64,000 nucleotides of DNA from Antedon mediterranea (taxonomy: Eukaryota; Animalia; Echinodermata), in contig NC_092672.1 of assembly GCF_964355755.1 (NCBI RefSeq), positions 37,144,437 through 37,208,436 of the forward strand, in the 5' to 3' direction. How positions within the stretch are numbered: position 1 is the stretch's first letter; each line of letters opens with the position of its first letter. The notes under the pieces were generated by a model that was given only the letters and a program-made list of their open reading frames with translations, was not told the origin of the DNA and searched no databases. This document shows positions 1-13,075 of the stretch, piece by piece. Position numbers and translations under genes: made by a program.

Positions 1-844
1 GTAATTTTTTCTGGGCCTAGGTTCTTCTTCAGGCTTCTTCTTGCTTGGTATATGAGCTGGGATAGACCTACCAGCCTAGATTATGGAATACCCAGGTTAT
101 GTCTACTTCTACTCCAGCTACTATAACACAAACTACTATCAGAGAATTACTAGCCTAACTAGGCCTAGAAAATACTATTTTTAGGCCTAGCTAGGCTAGA
201 AGTTAAGTAAGTAGGCCTAATTATAGTAGCTAGTCTAAGTAGGCCTTTCCTAGCTCAGAAACCAAATAGAACAATAATCGGGCAGCAGACTGAAACCTTA
301 GGCCTGTGACGCAGTACGCCTGCATGAACAACCGGATTAAACAGGGACACGATTCGGTCCGGGACGATTCGTACCAGCTTCGTAAACGTAAACAAAGTTT
401 CAAAATGGCGGTTTTTCGATCGTAACTGAACAGAAATGTAGTAGGTTTGGTTTGATTAGTGGGAGTTGCATCCCAAGAAAGCTTAAAATTAGATTTTTAT
501 TTTAATAGATAGCTTAATAGTCTACCTTGAAAGGATTTTAAATTCGCTTTGAAACCTTATCTAGAAAATATGAAATTTTATGATTTTTTACCATCATTTA
601 AAAAAAATATAAATAAAAAAGTTTATACACAAAATAATGATATTTCTCGAAACAAAAAAACTGTGTAATTTAGATCACAGTTTTTATCATTATTTACGCT
701 TGTAGTCCAACTATTGAAATACGTTTATTGATTTCATCTAATATCAAAATTATACAATTTTCAAAGTGTACTAAAATAGCAAAAATGCCAACATTTTCCA
801 CGAAGCGCGCCCTCACAATGAATGAAATCAGTGATGCGTTACCA

Positions 845-2003
845 ACGTGGCTTTCCGACTGTGTAACGTGCTTACACAGAGTGGTTGATGATTGGGTGGA
901 AAGTTTTAATGATTCTGAATTGATCGGTGCTTTGTTTCTTGGATATATCTAAATTTTGATACGATCGATCACTCAATTCTTGTATATAAACTTGAAAAAT
1001 ACGGTTTCAGTGAAAATGTTTTAATTTGGTTTGTAAATTATCTGAAAAACAGAAAACAGTTTGTATTCTGCAACAATAGAAAATCTAAACTGAAAGATAT
1101 TAACATTGGTGTTCCGCAAAGAAGTTACCTTGGGCCCATCCTTTTTCTTCTATTTATTAATGATATTTCGCAGTCTGTTATAAATGGAACTTGCAGCATT
1201 TTTGCTGATGATGTTGTTGTGTATACTACTGGTAATTCAACTAAGTCTGTAAACGATTCTCTACAAATAATCATGAATAATGTTAGTGAATGGTATAATA
1301 GAAACCACCTCTCAATCAATACAGACAAAACTAAGGTCATGTTACTCAGAAACAGTCGTTCAGTAGATAATATCCTACTGGATATTAAAATTAAAGTATT
1401 TTATATGTACTACTGTATTTGAATATCAGTTTGAAGGAATTATACTTTCTGTTATTTTCAGTTACCATACGTACCATACACACATTCAATCATTGAATAA
1501 AACGGTTATACTTAACGGAGCATTTCTAAGCTGTTTGATTTTGTGTCCGTGAAAGTAGTGACTATGCGATAACTGTTTGGGGAAATACCTCTGAGCAAAA
1601 CAAGAATATCTTGAAGCGTCTTCATAGAAGAGCGGCTCGCATTGTTACCCAAAATTTTGATTTTGTTGACGTGAGGGGTGATGACATAATTCAGGATCTT
1701 TCCTGGAAAACATTTGAAGAGAGAAGAGATTTTTATCTAGCTAGTCTAATGTATAAATGTATCCACGGCCTTGCGCCAACCAGATTGACAAATGAAATTG
1801 AACTAATTGGGAATGTACACACCCATTCAACGCGTGGAGTAGACAACTTAAATGTTGTTATACCCCATTATACCCGTAGCAAAATGGATTCGTCTTTTAA
1901 AGTTGCAGGCGGAAAAATATGGAATGACTTGCCAGCAGATATAAAACATTCACCCACGATTATGTCCTTTAAAGCTAGATACAGATCTCATTTCTTTTCA
2001 TAA
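845..2003 (+). mobile_element. Degraded non-LTR retrotransposon (CR1/L2-group) ORF2 fragment
   Basis: Frameshifted RT motifs: ALFLDISKxFDTIDH, GVPQxSxLGPILFLLFIND, IFADD. The 3' ORF 1611-2003 (LHRRAARIV...YKCIHGLAP...SFKVAGGKIWNDLP) is a typical CR1/L2 C-terminus. An unrelated AT-rich segment interrupts it at ~1395-1555. Confidence 0.85.
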
Positions 2004-2040
2004 CATTAACTTCCAGTTTATATTTTTTGTTGCTTTTATT

Positions 2041-3496
2041 AGGTTATATGCATTATCATGCATATAACCTCTTGATTCTGTCAAAATCTTTATTTGTTTA
2101 TTTATTCTTTCCTTAGCACTATTTTGTCCGTGAATTATCTTGATATCAGTTTCATCTAGCTAAGTCAATTTTTCAGAGTATATTCCTTATGGCCAGGAAT
2201 CGATGTGGTTATGTTTTCACGGTGCGCAATCAAACATTACGTGGTCTACGCGCGATTTAATGAAATCACGTTTGTAATCATATCTTCACAAGCATGAATC
2301 ATTTTTAAACAAAATTTGGTACTCATAAATTTCAGGTCATATTTCATCATAATGGCAATACAATTACGTGCGTAGCGCATATAACGCATGCGTACGCGCG
2401 CTTAAAATGTTCAAAATTGTCAGAATTTATTTTCGATGAAATTAGAGTACGTTTCAGGCAATTTTAAGCGTTTAAAAAATTACCATGAGTGCGCAGATTT
2501 TTGCACGCGCACTGCGCGTCAAACGTTAATGCGCACTTTTTTTGTCCGATTACTGTTGTATAACCTTTCTTTAATAATATCATCATATTTTATTCACTTT
2601 TCAACGCGAAACAGCGTTATACGAGCACGTCTAAAGTCACAGTCTACGCACGTGTAAGTTAACAAAATGGTGAAAATATGCTAAATTTTAAAATTAATAT
2701 ATATCGTTAGAATGCTCGGGAACACCTATTTTTTATTTCATTTTCTTGAAGTGTATGTATCATATGTATGATTTATTATGAAATTAGGAGAAAAAAAGTT
2801 GATTAAGTCATCATTAATGGCATATTAAATTTAAAAAAAATTGATTATGACAATCAATCAAATTATAACATTTTCTTAGGCCGAAATAACAACCTTAACA
2901 TTAACTTTCTTCCTTAAGAAGTTCATATATTAAAGTTAAAAGTATATAGTTTGACAGTGCATCATTTTTTTAAATTTTTAAAGATGTCATCATAGTAAAA
3001 CATTATAATTCATTGCGGTATGTAATAATCTATCTGCACCAAAGTGGTTAATGCATAGTAAATACACGGAGGAATCTTTCCATAACTTTAGTCAGTTGTG
3101 TATGGCTCGATGGTCTTTGCTCGTGTCTATGGCATTCAAGGTACCGAGATCGAGTCTCACCTTGGGAAACGAAATAAGATTTTTTTTATTATCTGTAGGC
3201 TATTGTTTGTTCAAATTTATTTCTTAGTGTATAGATTATACACATGATTTATAATGAAATCTTGATGAAAAGTAATGTAACAACAAATGTGGTTTATGAC
3301 ATTATACGCAGAGGGATCTTTGATCGGATTGTGATACCGGCTATTGTATTCGCGTTAGCAAGGTCCTATCATATATTATAAATAATTAAAGATTCTGAGA
3401 AAAACAATCAATCAATATATCTTTAAAAAATCAATTATCTTTATTTAAATCAATGCATATAACCTATAATTTGTCATAGTGACGAATTAAATCTAG
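2041..3496 (+). mobile_element. Non-autonomous Helentron-type (HINE/DINE-like) element
   Basis: AGGTTATATGCA (2041-2052) has an adjacent inverted copy TGCATATAACCT (2059-2070) and a 3' inverted copy (3454-3465). A hairpin AATTTGTCA-TAG-TGACGAATT (3468-3488) and CTAG (3493-3496) follow. Confidence 0.6.
3091..3166 (+). repeat. tRNA-derived (SINE-head-like) segment
   Basis: A-box-like TGGCTCGATGG and B-box-like GATCGAGTC. A related copy lies on the minus strand at ~49168-49247. No intact cloverleaf was seen. Confidence 0.5.
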
Positions 3497-4461
3497 TTGT
3501 TAATTGTAATTGTATAAGATTTAAATTTGTATCCGTTTTTGTCGACAGGACCACAATGCAAAACAAGTTTATTTCTACTTGATTGTGTATTATCCTGTAC
3601 AAATATGTTGTTAAAGTATATCGACAAAATAATAAAAAATAACTAAATAAAGACCTTATAATATTGAGAAATAAAAAAGGAATGCAACACTATGAAACAC
3701 ATTACACCGTTTTTAATTATATAATAATATCCCTTTTTTTATTGCCAAATTACAATGCATAACAACAACACAATTAAGTTGGATCAATGCAAACCCATGG
3801 TACTTTAAAGTATGCGCCTCCTCTTACTTGGTTGCACCATGGAGCTACGATCCATGTTTGGATATATATAACAAAAATGCACAAATTTATAAAATACTGA
3901 TAAATACATGCACAAGTGACGAAAGTTGAATTGAAAGGCGAGATAAATTTCTCCAATTAGAAAGATTATCTTATTCTTAAATAAGCTGTAAATGCGAATG
4001 CAGAATAAATGGAAGATAAGCAAAGTTTGACGTACGACGGCCAAGAACGAATTTTCTTTGTGGAATATGAAATATTTTTATCATAGAAAATAATAGTCCC
4101 GTGCACTATTCATGATTTCTGTCTTAAACTGATAGGAAAAAATGTGATAGATATTATAATTGTAATTGTCAATTAGGCTACACTGAACATTTTTATTCAA
4201 ACTCTTTTGAACATCAAATTTTATAGAGTATATGTTATCATTTGGTTAGTGTAATATCCTTTTAAATTGTATTAAATTACAATACACAATTAGTCTAAAA
4301 ACAACAATATCCAAAGTAATGTAAGCCAATAATTACAATAATTACAATACACAATTAGTCTAAAAACAACAATATCCAAAGTAATGTAAGCCAATAATTA
4401 TTTAAATAATACGCAAATAGATTACGTCACGCTTAATTTAGCTTCAACACGTACGTATATT

Positions 4462-7400
4462 TTAAACATTGCTATTACTCGGGCACGAGCCTAAATAATG
4501 AATGATTTTTAATCTGCGTTTTTGAGTATCAGGTTTTACATAGCTTGTGTCATTAATAATTGCGTGTCTATGTTGTAAATATCCCATAAATATATACGTT
4601 GAGCCTGAAAAAGGAAAAACATGCACAACGTTAATGAAAAGTGTTTTGTTTCGAGACATCTTTATGTTTTTTAATTGAAATTTACATCAGTCAAAACCTT
4701 TTCTTCATGGTTTTTTTATCGATATTATAGTAATACCAGGAGGGCACTGATAGAGCGCAAACCTCCGCCTATGAATATGAAAATGTAATCACGTGTTTCC
4801 ATACAGCTACGAAACTATCCTTTAAACTCGTATGAAAATAATTTTTTGAAAGAGAAAACACACACATACCTCGCAAATTGACAGAGGTATTATTATTATA
4901 AAAACCGTATTTAGAAAAAATTGAGGCGAATATACGCAATTCTCACCTTCAGCTACATTATGGCAGTTCTGTCCTGTTAGTATTATTCTTATTTCAATAG
5001 ATTTTGTTTCTGTGTCTATGTTAAGTAAATCGCGGCCTTTGTATACTTTGACGACCTCAACTTCCAGACGATGAACTAAATATTCTGAGTATATTTCATG
5101 ATGAATTAATGAAACTTTACCGGATAATACTGAAAATAGAAAATAATACAATAAATAATTATGTATGTCATTGTAACAAACCAGTTTGAGTGACAGTTAA
5201 TTTTGCGACTTTTAATGCTTTTGAATAACAAACATAAGAAATATAATAGTAAAGTAACTTACTGAATGGATGTGTGCATGTGGGCTTTGTTTCTTGATGA
5301 CTACAACTTGACTGCACGTTAAAAACTGAAAAAAGATATAAAGATAAATGATACATGTAACTATAGTAAATAAATATAACCAAAATATCCTTAACACTCG
5401 ACGTAATTATAATTTTGTTATAATACACTTGTCTTTCTCTTCCCTTAATACATTTAAATCGTCAAAACAACAAGATTCTATGAATAATGTCTGATTCATC
5501 ATTTAACTCGTTGACCAATAGTCGAGCTATTTTAGAGTGGTACAATAAGTTGAGAAAACCTACCGTGATATGCAATGCAATCTTGTTTACACTCGCGTTT
5601 TGTTGGGAATCTGTTACCAGTATTCGTAATTGGACACAAACTGGTTCTAAATGGTAGACACACGCCTCTGTCTGTATGATAGTACCATTCGAATACACCA
5701 CCATCACAATGAGGATCATCCGATTTGTCATGGCTGTCTGGTACCGGCTGGTAGCAGCGACCGTTACAGGTTGTACTGCACTCTTCCCTCGAAACAAAAC
5801 GGTTACCGTTACCTCCACAACCGCTATATCTCAATTCTTTACATGTCATAGTGTCATTGTTGTAATACCTACGTATATAATAGTAACAATTTTCACTATT
5901 TTACTTTATATAAAATCCTAGGCTTACAATAATAATTCAACAAGAAAACAATGAATCAGCAAGAAATCATATATGTACATTTTGTAAAAAAAAATTACTA
6001 TACATTCTCATTTCATTGAAATAATATCCTGAGTATGTACGATATTTTTTAAATAATTCACAAGTTTTCACAACTTTATAACTAAAATTGTAAACTTTTA
6101 CCATCTGCTGTATGTATATTGTCCATTTCCATGATCTTTTGGCAGTTCGCATACAGTGTCTAAACAAAAATAAATAATACATAAAATAAATATTCCAGCT
6201 CAGGTTGAACAACGTAATTAGATTTTTCTTCTGAAGTAAATCCCAGATTAATGCAACCACATTGACCAGTAACTGTCCTAAATATTTTCATCCAGTGAAC
6301 ATTATAAGAATATTGCAATATCTTCCACGTATTATATTCAAACTAGAGCACTATCAGAGCAACTACTGACTTAAAAACATATTTAGTATATGGATACATG
6401 CAGTAAAGTAGTAACTTACTTTCGTCAGTGGGTTCAGATGTATGAATAACGGTATCTGTATCTGTACCAATGAAAATATTTCGGAGTGATTATAATAAAG
6501 AATCTTTAATATACAAATTATGACCACCGCCAGCTAAAATATCTGGAACGGCTTTTTTTCATTCTCACAGATTTTCCCATCTTTACCGAAATTCCGGGCG
6601 GTTTATAATTTATATAATAATTATTAAATACGTTAAAACCGTGACTTACCTTCATTATCTGTAGCACCTGAAACGAAAGCTGTAATGTAAAAAAAATATT
6701 TAAAATAGTAAATGTAACAACAATGACTCAAAGCAGCAAATTTAAAAGACGCAGAGTGATAACAGTAATTATGGACAATCAAGTTAATATCAGAAATTAG
6801 ATATGGAATATTCTGTGAGGCTATTCATGATGAATTGATGTTTATCACATTATTGTAGTTCTAGTTTTTGGTCCATAGCTTTTATTTTTAAGAACCATAT
6901 TCCTCGTTTAGGAATCACTGCCTTATCAGATTCAATGAAACACTTCACATTATACATTAACGACTAACAAGTTTATTAATATATTAAAACATAACGGAGC
7001 GCAGTGTTTCCGAAAGTCTACTCCCTGCTGTAAGGCCGCACCTTGCCACAATTTAATTTAAAATATCCTGTTAATAAGTATTAACATTTTTCAAACCAAA
7101 TAGTTCTGGGCGCAGTGTTTCTCCCGGAAGCGCACTCCTTACTGAACTAATTCAGCCAAGCCCGCAAACATATTATGATAAAACTAAACAATTTCAAGCC
7201 AAATATGGAATTCATACTGTATTTCGTGTAGAAATTTAAAAAAAATAAGAAAAAAAAAGTTTTGGGCGCAGTGTTTCTTCGGGAAGCGCACTCCTTGCTC
7301 ACCTTGCCACAAACTAATTAAGACAAGCCCGATAAATGATACAGATAATTTTCAACCAAATAAGGAATTTTTATTTCGTGTTTTAAAATAAATTTTGAAA

Positions 7401-10400
7401 AAAAAAGTTCTGGGCACGTTCTTCCGGTATGCACTCCCTGCTGGAAGGCTCACCTTACTACAAACTAATTAAGCCAAGCCCGTAAATATGAATTATACAA
7501 CAACTAAATAATTTTCAATCCAAATAAGGAATGTATATTTCCTGTTTTCAAAACCCATTTTTGTGCTATTATTATTAATTGTAATTGTATTTAAATTTTT
7601 ATCCGTTGCAAAACAAGTATATTTCTACTTGATTGTGTATAATCCTGTATAAATATGTTGTTAAATAAATAAATAAAATAAAATAAATAAATAAAAAACA
7701 ATGACATAATTAACTTAAAATGTTGTAAATGTGAAAACTCATGAACCGAAATGTTTTGGTATTCTCTTCTTTTCCTACTTCCTTTTCCAGGCAATACTTT
7801 GAAAACAATACATCAATGATTATAATAACTTAAAAGTCCGATCATTAAGATAATTATTGCAATAGATTTCTTCATCATTACTATTTTATTAAACTAGGTT
7901 TACTATTCTAAAGAACCTACAGGGTATACTGCTGTATGATAAACGAATTGTGTTGAAAATATATGACAAAAATATCATAACTGTAACTGTTATATGGTTT
8001 AATTTAAATCACGTATTTCATATTACTTTATTTAGGTTCTGTAATACTTTTACCTTTTTAAATTAGTTGTAGGCCTATTATAAGGTTATTGACAACATTT
8101 TCTGTAAGTATTATGATATTTTTTCAATGAATGACTGAACGGTGCTCTGCATAATTATGGTGTATTAGTGAAATGATTTAGTGTTGATAACTGCTTGTTA
8201 CGTATGGAAAGAAATCAGTATAATTTCAGTGGCAGCAACAGTTTAAAATGAAAAGTAAAATACTTGAAGGAAACGTTTAATTAAATGCATTTTAAATCTT
8301 GTTTTTCAATTTTAGCCTCATTATTAAACTTGTTGGTTTATGCGTATTTCCTTCTATTCTTTCAATGAGAAGAAATGCGCAACTAATTAGAGCTCATGAA
8401 ACAATTCACGCGCAAATAGTTTGTCAAGTGTATAGGTAATCAAAGACATTTAATTGAGGCAAGTTGATTTTTTTTTAATATAACAAAATTTATACAAAAT
8501 AATGGTGCACCTTATTACTCTTTAAAAACTAATTTATAACTATTATGGAAAACAAAAAAATTGAATTAGAAAATATTTATGATGCTGAGGCCAGAGGTGC
8601 TCAGATAAGATCGAGGGCTAAATGGATTGAAGAAGTTGAACGTAGTACATCTTTTTTTCTTGGTCTTGAAAAATCAAACTGTAAAAATATACAAATTAAG
8701 AGCCTGTTAAACAATAATGGAAAGATTGTAACAAAACCAGAAAATATACTTGATGTTCAAGTAAAACATTTTAAAAGTTTGTATGAAAGTGTTAAAATAT
8801 GCCCCCAACAAAAATTGATGAATACCTGAAAAAGACAAAAGTGAATACACTCACTGATAAAGAGAAAGAGTTATGTGAAGGTAAAATCACTATCGAGGAA
8901 TGTAAAGGGGCTCCTTTAAGTATGAAGAAATAAATCGCCTGGCTCAGATGGACTAGGTGTAGAATTTTACATTTTCTTTTGGGACGGTGTTGGACAACTG
9001 TTATGTGATGCGTTAAATGAATCCTTTGATTCAAAGAAACTTTCAAACTCACAAAGAAGAGGTGTTATTACCCTTTTATTTAAAAGTGGTGAAAAACAAA
9101 ATTTAAATAACTGGCGTTCAATTACACTCCTAAATACGGATTATAAAATTCTTGCCCATGTGTTAAGTTATAGACTACGCAGGGTCATTAAGTCACTAAT
9201 TGATTCAGACCAAAAGGGGTATATTAAAGCTCAGGTACAGGCATGAATTTTAATTATAATATCTGGTTAATTGTACATAAATCAAATATTTGTAACCGAA
9301 ATCAAGACGAAAAAACATGAATTTCCCTTAATACAGTCAAATACAACATTTGGCAAAATTCTGCCATAAAAACCAGGAAGACTTTTTTTTCAGTAGTTAG
9401 GTAGTATAACCTAATGTAATAACATGTCTGGTGATTCCCTAGAAAATGAAAAAAGATGGTGGATATACGGTGGATAATTTTTGCTATAGGTTATTTTTCA
9501 TAGCTTTTTAAAATGCCTCTCTATTTACAAAATTTGTGTTCAAAAGAATAGAGATTTTACTGTGTAATTTGAACTATCCCCCACTGATAAGAAAGTGCTT
9601 ATTTTCAACAAGCGCCTGTAACACAAATAAAATCTCAAAAAATTATGAAACATAGGGGAAACTATAGATCGATAATTATTGGAATGTATGATCAATAGAA
9701 ATTTTGTGCCCGCACCTGGCCTTTAAAGATAGGTTTGCGGGGGAAAATATACGTTTAGCTAAAGATCTACTTTATTATACGGAAGAAAATGATATTGAAG
9801 GGGCTATGATGGTTCTTGACTTTAAAAAGGCTTTTGACTCAGTTAGTAGAGAGTTTATATTTGCGGTATTAGCAAAATTAAAATGTGGTAATGTGTTTTG
9901 TGAATGGGTAAAAATTCTGTATAACAATTAATAATGGATGGGTATCAGAAAACATCAGAATGGAAAGAGGCATTCGGCAAGGGTGTCCGCTATCGGCACT
10001 TTTATTTATTCTTGAGGTTGAAATAATGGCTTCTAATATAAGAAATAGTAATATTTACAAGGGAATTAAATTACCAAATGTAAGTGTCGAAGCTAGAATA
10101 AGTCAGTTAACTGATGACACAATACTTTATGTTGGTAATGAAAAGAGTCTTCATACAGCGGTTAAAACTGTGGAAGAATTTTGTGAAATGTCAGGCTTGA
10201 AATTAAACAAACATAAATCAAAAGCTATGTGGATGGGTAAATGGAAAAATAGAAGTGATAAACCACTTATTTATGTTGGGAAAAAAAGCCGATAAAGATA
10301 TTAGGAATATATGTGAGATATGATTACAAGACTTGTGAAACTAAAAATTGGAGTGATAAACTGGTTGATTTTGAAAAGATTTTGAAATTATGGAGTTCTA

Positions 10401-12939
10401 GAAATTTAACACTTTATGGGAAAGTAATTATATTGAAGTCACTTGCACTAGCAAAACCTACATACAACGCAAATATTATTACTGTACCAAAGTATGTTTA
10501 TGACATAGTTAACAAACAAAGTTATACATTTTTATGGAGTAAAAAATCTGAAAAAATAAAAAGGAAAACCTTAATTGGAAACCTAAACGAAGTTGGAATT
10601 AAAATGCCAGATTTTAAATTACATACAAAAGCACTTAATGTCACATGGCTAAAAAGGTTGTTACATGAAGATGAAGCAAAATGGAAATTTATTCCAAAAT
10701 TTTATATTAATAATTTATGTACAGAAAATATTCTTTTTAACATGACAGATGAAAACCACTTTATACATAAAATGCCTATGTTGAAAGCATGCATAAAGTA
10801 TAATAATTGCTGTAAAAGAAGTGTAGACACATATGATGATATAATGAATGAACAGTTGTGGGGTAATAAGTTAATACAACTTAAAAACCAATCACTATTT
10901 TATAAACATTGGATTGAATGTGGCATTATTTTAGTGAAGGATATTATAAAAGAAAATAGATTCTTAACTTCAAAAGAATTATTGGTAAAATTAAATTATA
11001 AAGCAAACTGGTTAAATGAATACATGTGCTTATTAAAAGCGATACCAATACAATGGAAAACTATAATCAAATACGAGAAAAATTGTTATTATAATATAAC
11101 AGAAAATGTCATTAAGAATAGATTTAAGGACATCACAACAAAGAGTATTTATCTCTGTTTTGTGGAGGAAATTTTTGTCCCTCCGGTTTGTCAAGGAAAA
11201 TGGGAAAAATATTTTGATAATTTTAATATTGATTGGAAGTCATGTTGGTTATCTAAAGTTTGTAAAATGAAAGATAAAAAATTAATACACTTTAATTACA
11301 AACTGTTAAATAGAATTTTAGCAACAAACAAAAGGTTGTTTATCTGGAAACTAAAAGATACTAATACTGTATATGTGGTAGATGTGGAGAGGTACAAGAT
11401 GAGGAGCATATGTTTTTTACTTGTAAATTTATTCAAACTTTTTGGAAAAAAATAGATATTGTTTTAAAAGGTACCAATCATATAAACATGTCTTTTCAAA
11501 ATCTGGTAATTGGAACAAGAAATATTCTTACTGATTTTATATATACATTTGCTGCTTTCACGGTTTATAAACAAAAGATACAGGCTGATGTTACAAATAA
11601 AAGTTATTTTAATTTATGGAAATCTTTTAAACAAGGAATTCTATTCAGAATGGAATGTGATATAGTGTATAAAAGAGAGGAAAGCATAAAAAAAATGGGA
11701 AAAAGTAAAAAATATTATTTTAGCAATGTAAAAACGTATAATTGTTAAACAATACAGGCTAAAAACACGAGAACAATTATTACGACACAATACTTAATGT
11801 TCTTGTATGTTTTTTTACCTTACTAGTTTTATTTACTGGTGGTATATGAGTTACAGTATATTTTATTTTGTGATGATCTAATGGCAATTGTGAACCTATA
11901 TGTGATGTATATTTTTATATAACTTCTGTCTATTTTTTAAATGCTTTAACTTTTTATATATAAAATACTACAAATAAGAAAAAAAAAAATATAAGCTGCA
12001 GAGATAGTTTTCTACTGATACAAAATTGATATAGATTACTGTAACAATTGTAAAGAATGAAATAAAAGTGAGTGAATCTCACAAAAGACAAAAAAAAACT
12101 AATTTATAAAGAAATTAAATTTAAGGTTTTATCGTGAATCTTAAGTATAAGAAAGAGAATATATGGAAAAGGAAAGCCGTAGAGCTGACCTGTCAAGTTT
12201 ATCCCATCGTAATGAACCGGATTTTTGTTGCTTAGCAGCTATTCAGATTCATCTTTTACACAGAAATGTGACCTCCCGTCACACTTATCAGATCCAAAAG
12301 GTAATTGTTTGACTACACAACATTGGCCCAAGACGACCTAGGATAAGTTATTAAAGGCGACGATTGTATACTGCATATTCATTCAGTCCAGTCAAGTTGC
12401 AACATTTTCTACAAATTAGTACTTTCTCTTTTTTTTAAATGACATTAAATAATTTATGTTTAGGTATCACTCACTTGCAATTTTTAATATCTAGTAAACT
12501 AAGATTATTGTTTCTACTAATTATTATTATTATTCAACGAATTATTAAAAAATAAGTAAAATAAACACTCAATTGCATTTTAAATGAGTAAGTTGTAGGT
12601 AATCAAATACATTTAATTGAGGAAAGTTGATGAAAAATCATATTCAAAATAAGGGTGCACCTCAACAATCTTTAAAAACTAATTTATAAAGAACTTACAA
12701 AACATAAATTAAATAAATGCAATTGCCAAATTTCTTACTGGCCAACAAAGACAACAATTTAGTTACGTTTTAAAGAAAAGTTTTATGAAATATGTTTGAA
12801 TCATTTTGTTGAGCTGAATAAATATAAAGGTGATGAAGAATGGAAATGTGTAGAAGAAAAGCGCTTTTCGAAACTTACCACCTCCAACCACACAAGTTAC
12901 AAATAAAGTAACGAAGAAAATGCTGCAAGATGTTTTCAT
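4462..12939 (-). CDS. Gene C: secreted Kunitz-Kunitz-NTR protein (WFIKKN C-terminal-like), ~290 aa
   Basis: Minus-strand GT-AG exons: 12939-12879 (signal peptide MKTSCSIFFVTLFVTCVVGG), 6667-6650, 6461-6420, 6159-6102 (TVCELPKDHGNGQYTYSRW), 5868-5564 (two Kunitz domains), 5325-5263, 5129-4947, 4604-4462 (NTR: ...CSHQETKPTCTHPFILSGKV...GSTYIFMG...CPSNSNV*). The total is 873 nt and in frame. Linking the first exon to this gene is inferred from phase and position. Confidence 0.8.
5564..5868 (-). CDS. Gene C tandem-Kunitz exon
   Basis: WYYNNDTMTCKELRYSGCGGNGNRFVSREECSTTC followed by RCYQP...CDGGVFEWYY...CLPF...C...GNRFPTKRECKQDC, with tag| and |gtaggt boundaries. Confidence 0.9.
6995..7550. repeat. 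Four diverged ~100-160 bp tandem units in a gene C intron
   Basis: Recurrent GGGCGCAGTGTTTC...GGAAGCGCACTCC...CACCTTGCCACAAACTAATT motif at ~6997, 7108, 7264 and 7412. Confidence 0.7.
8540..12095 (+). mobile_element. 5'-truncated L1/Tx1-clade LINE, antisense in gene C intron 1
   Basis: ORF2 motifs GAQIRSRAKWIEE, KSPGSDGL, NWRSITLLNTDYKIL, LDFKKAFDSV, GIRQGCPLSALLF, SQLTDDT and a C-terminal CG...EHMFFTC zinc finger, with stops and frameshifts. A-rich tail. The flanking duplication AAAAACTAATTTATAA occurs at ~8524 and ~12094. Confidence 0.9.
9228..9722. mobile_element. Kolobok-like MITE nested in the L1
   Basis: TTAA target duplication (9224-9227, 9723-9726) and imperfect TIRs AGCTCAGGTACAGGCATGAATTT / AGGCCAGGTGCGGGCACAAAATTT. 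Removing it restores the L1 frame GYIKDRFAGENIR. Confidence 0.8.
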
Positions 12940-13066
12940 AGCTATGATGGATGTCGACAGTCACCTCAAAACAATGGATCCTCCTATAATAGTAAGGTTG
13001 CTCTTGTTGCAGTTTTTATGCGATGAGATGATTGAAGACAAATGGGCCTTAAACACATAATGAATC

Positions 13067-13075
13067 CTTTATATA
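13067..13075 (-). promoter_or_regulatory. Candidate TATA box of gene C
   Basis: TATATAAAG on the minus strand, ~130 nt upstream of the ATG at 12939. The AT-rich background makes this weak. Confidence 0.3.

Noticed and set aside
3091-3166. Functional tRNA gene
   Set aside because: A/B boxes are present, but the acceptor and anticodon stems do not pair convincingly and the segment is embedded in a repeat.
3780-4070. Short ORFs downstream of gene C
   Set aside because: No splice-consistent model. There is only a faint resemblance to a decayed LINE C-terminus on the plus strand, too weak to call.
5462-5921. Overlapping ORFs around the Kunitz exons (also 31486-31723 and 63765-63974)
   Set aside because: They are antisense or off-frame shadows of the Kunitz exon, similar to each other only because the exon is duplicated.
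12190-12337. Possible extra Cys-containing exon of gene C (tag|GTCGTC...ACAG|gtcagc)
   Set aside because: It has stops in all three frames and no recognisable domain. At most it is a decayed exon.
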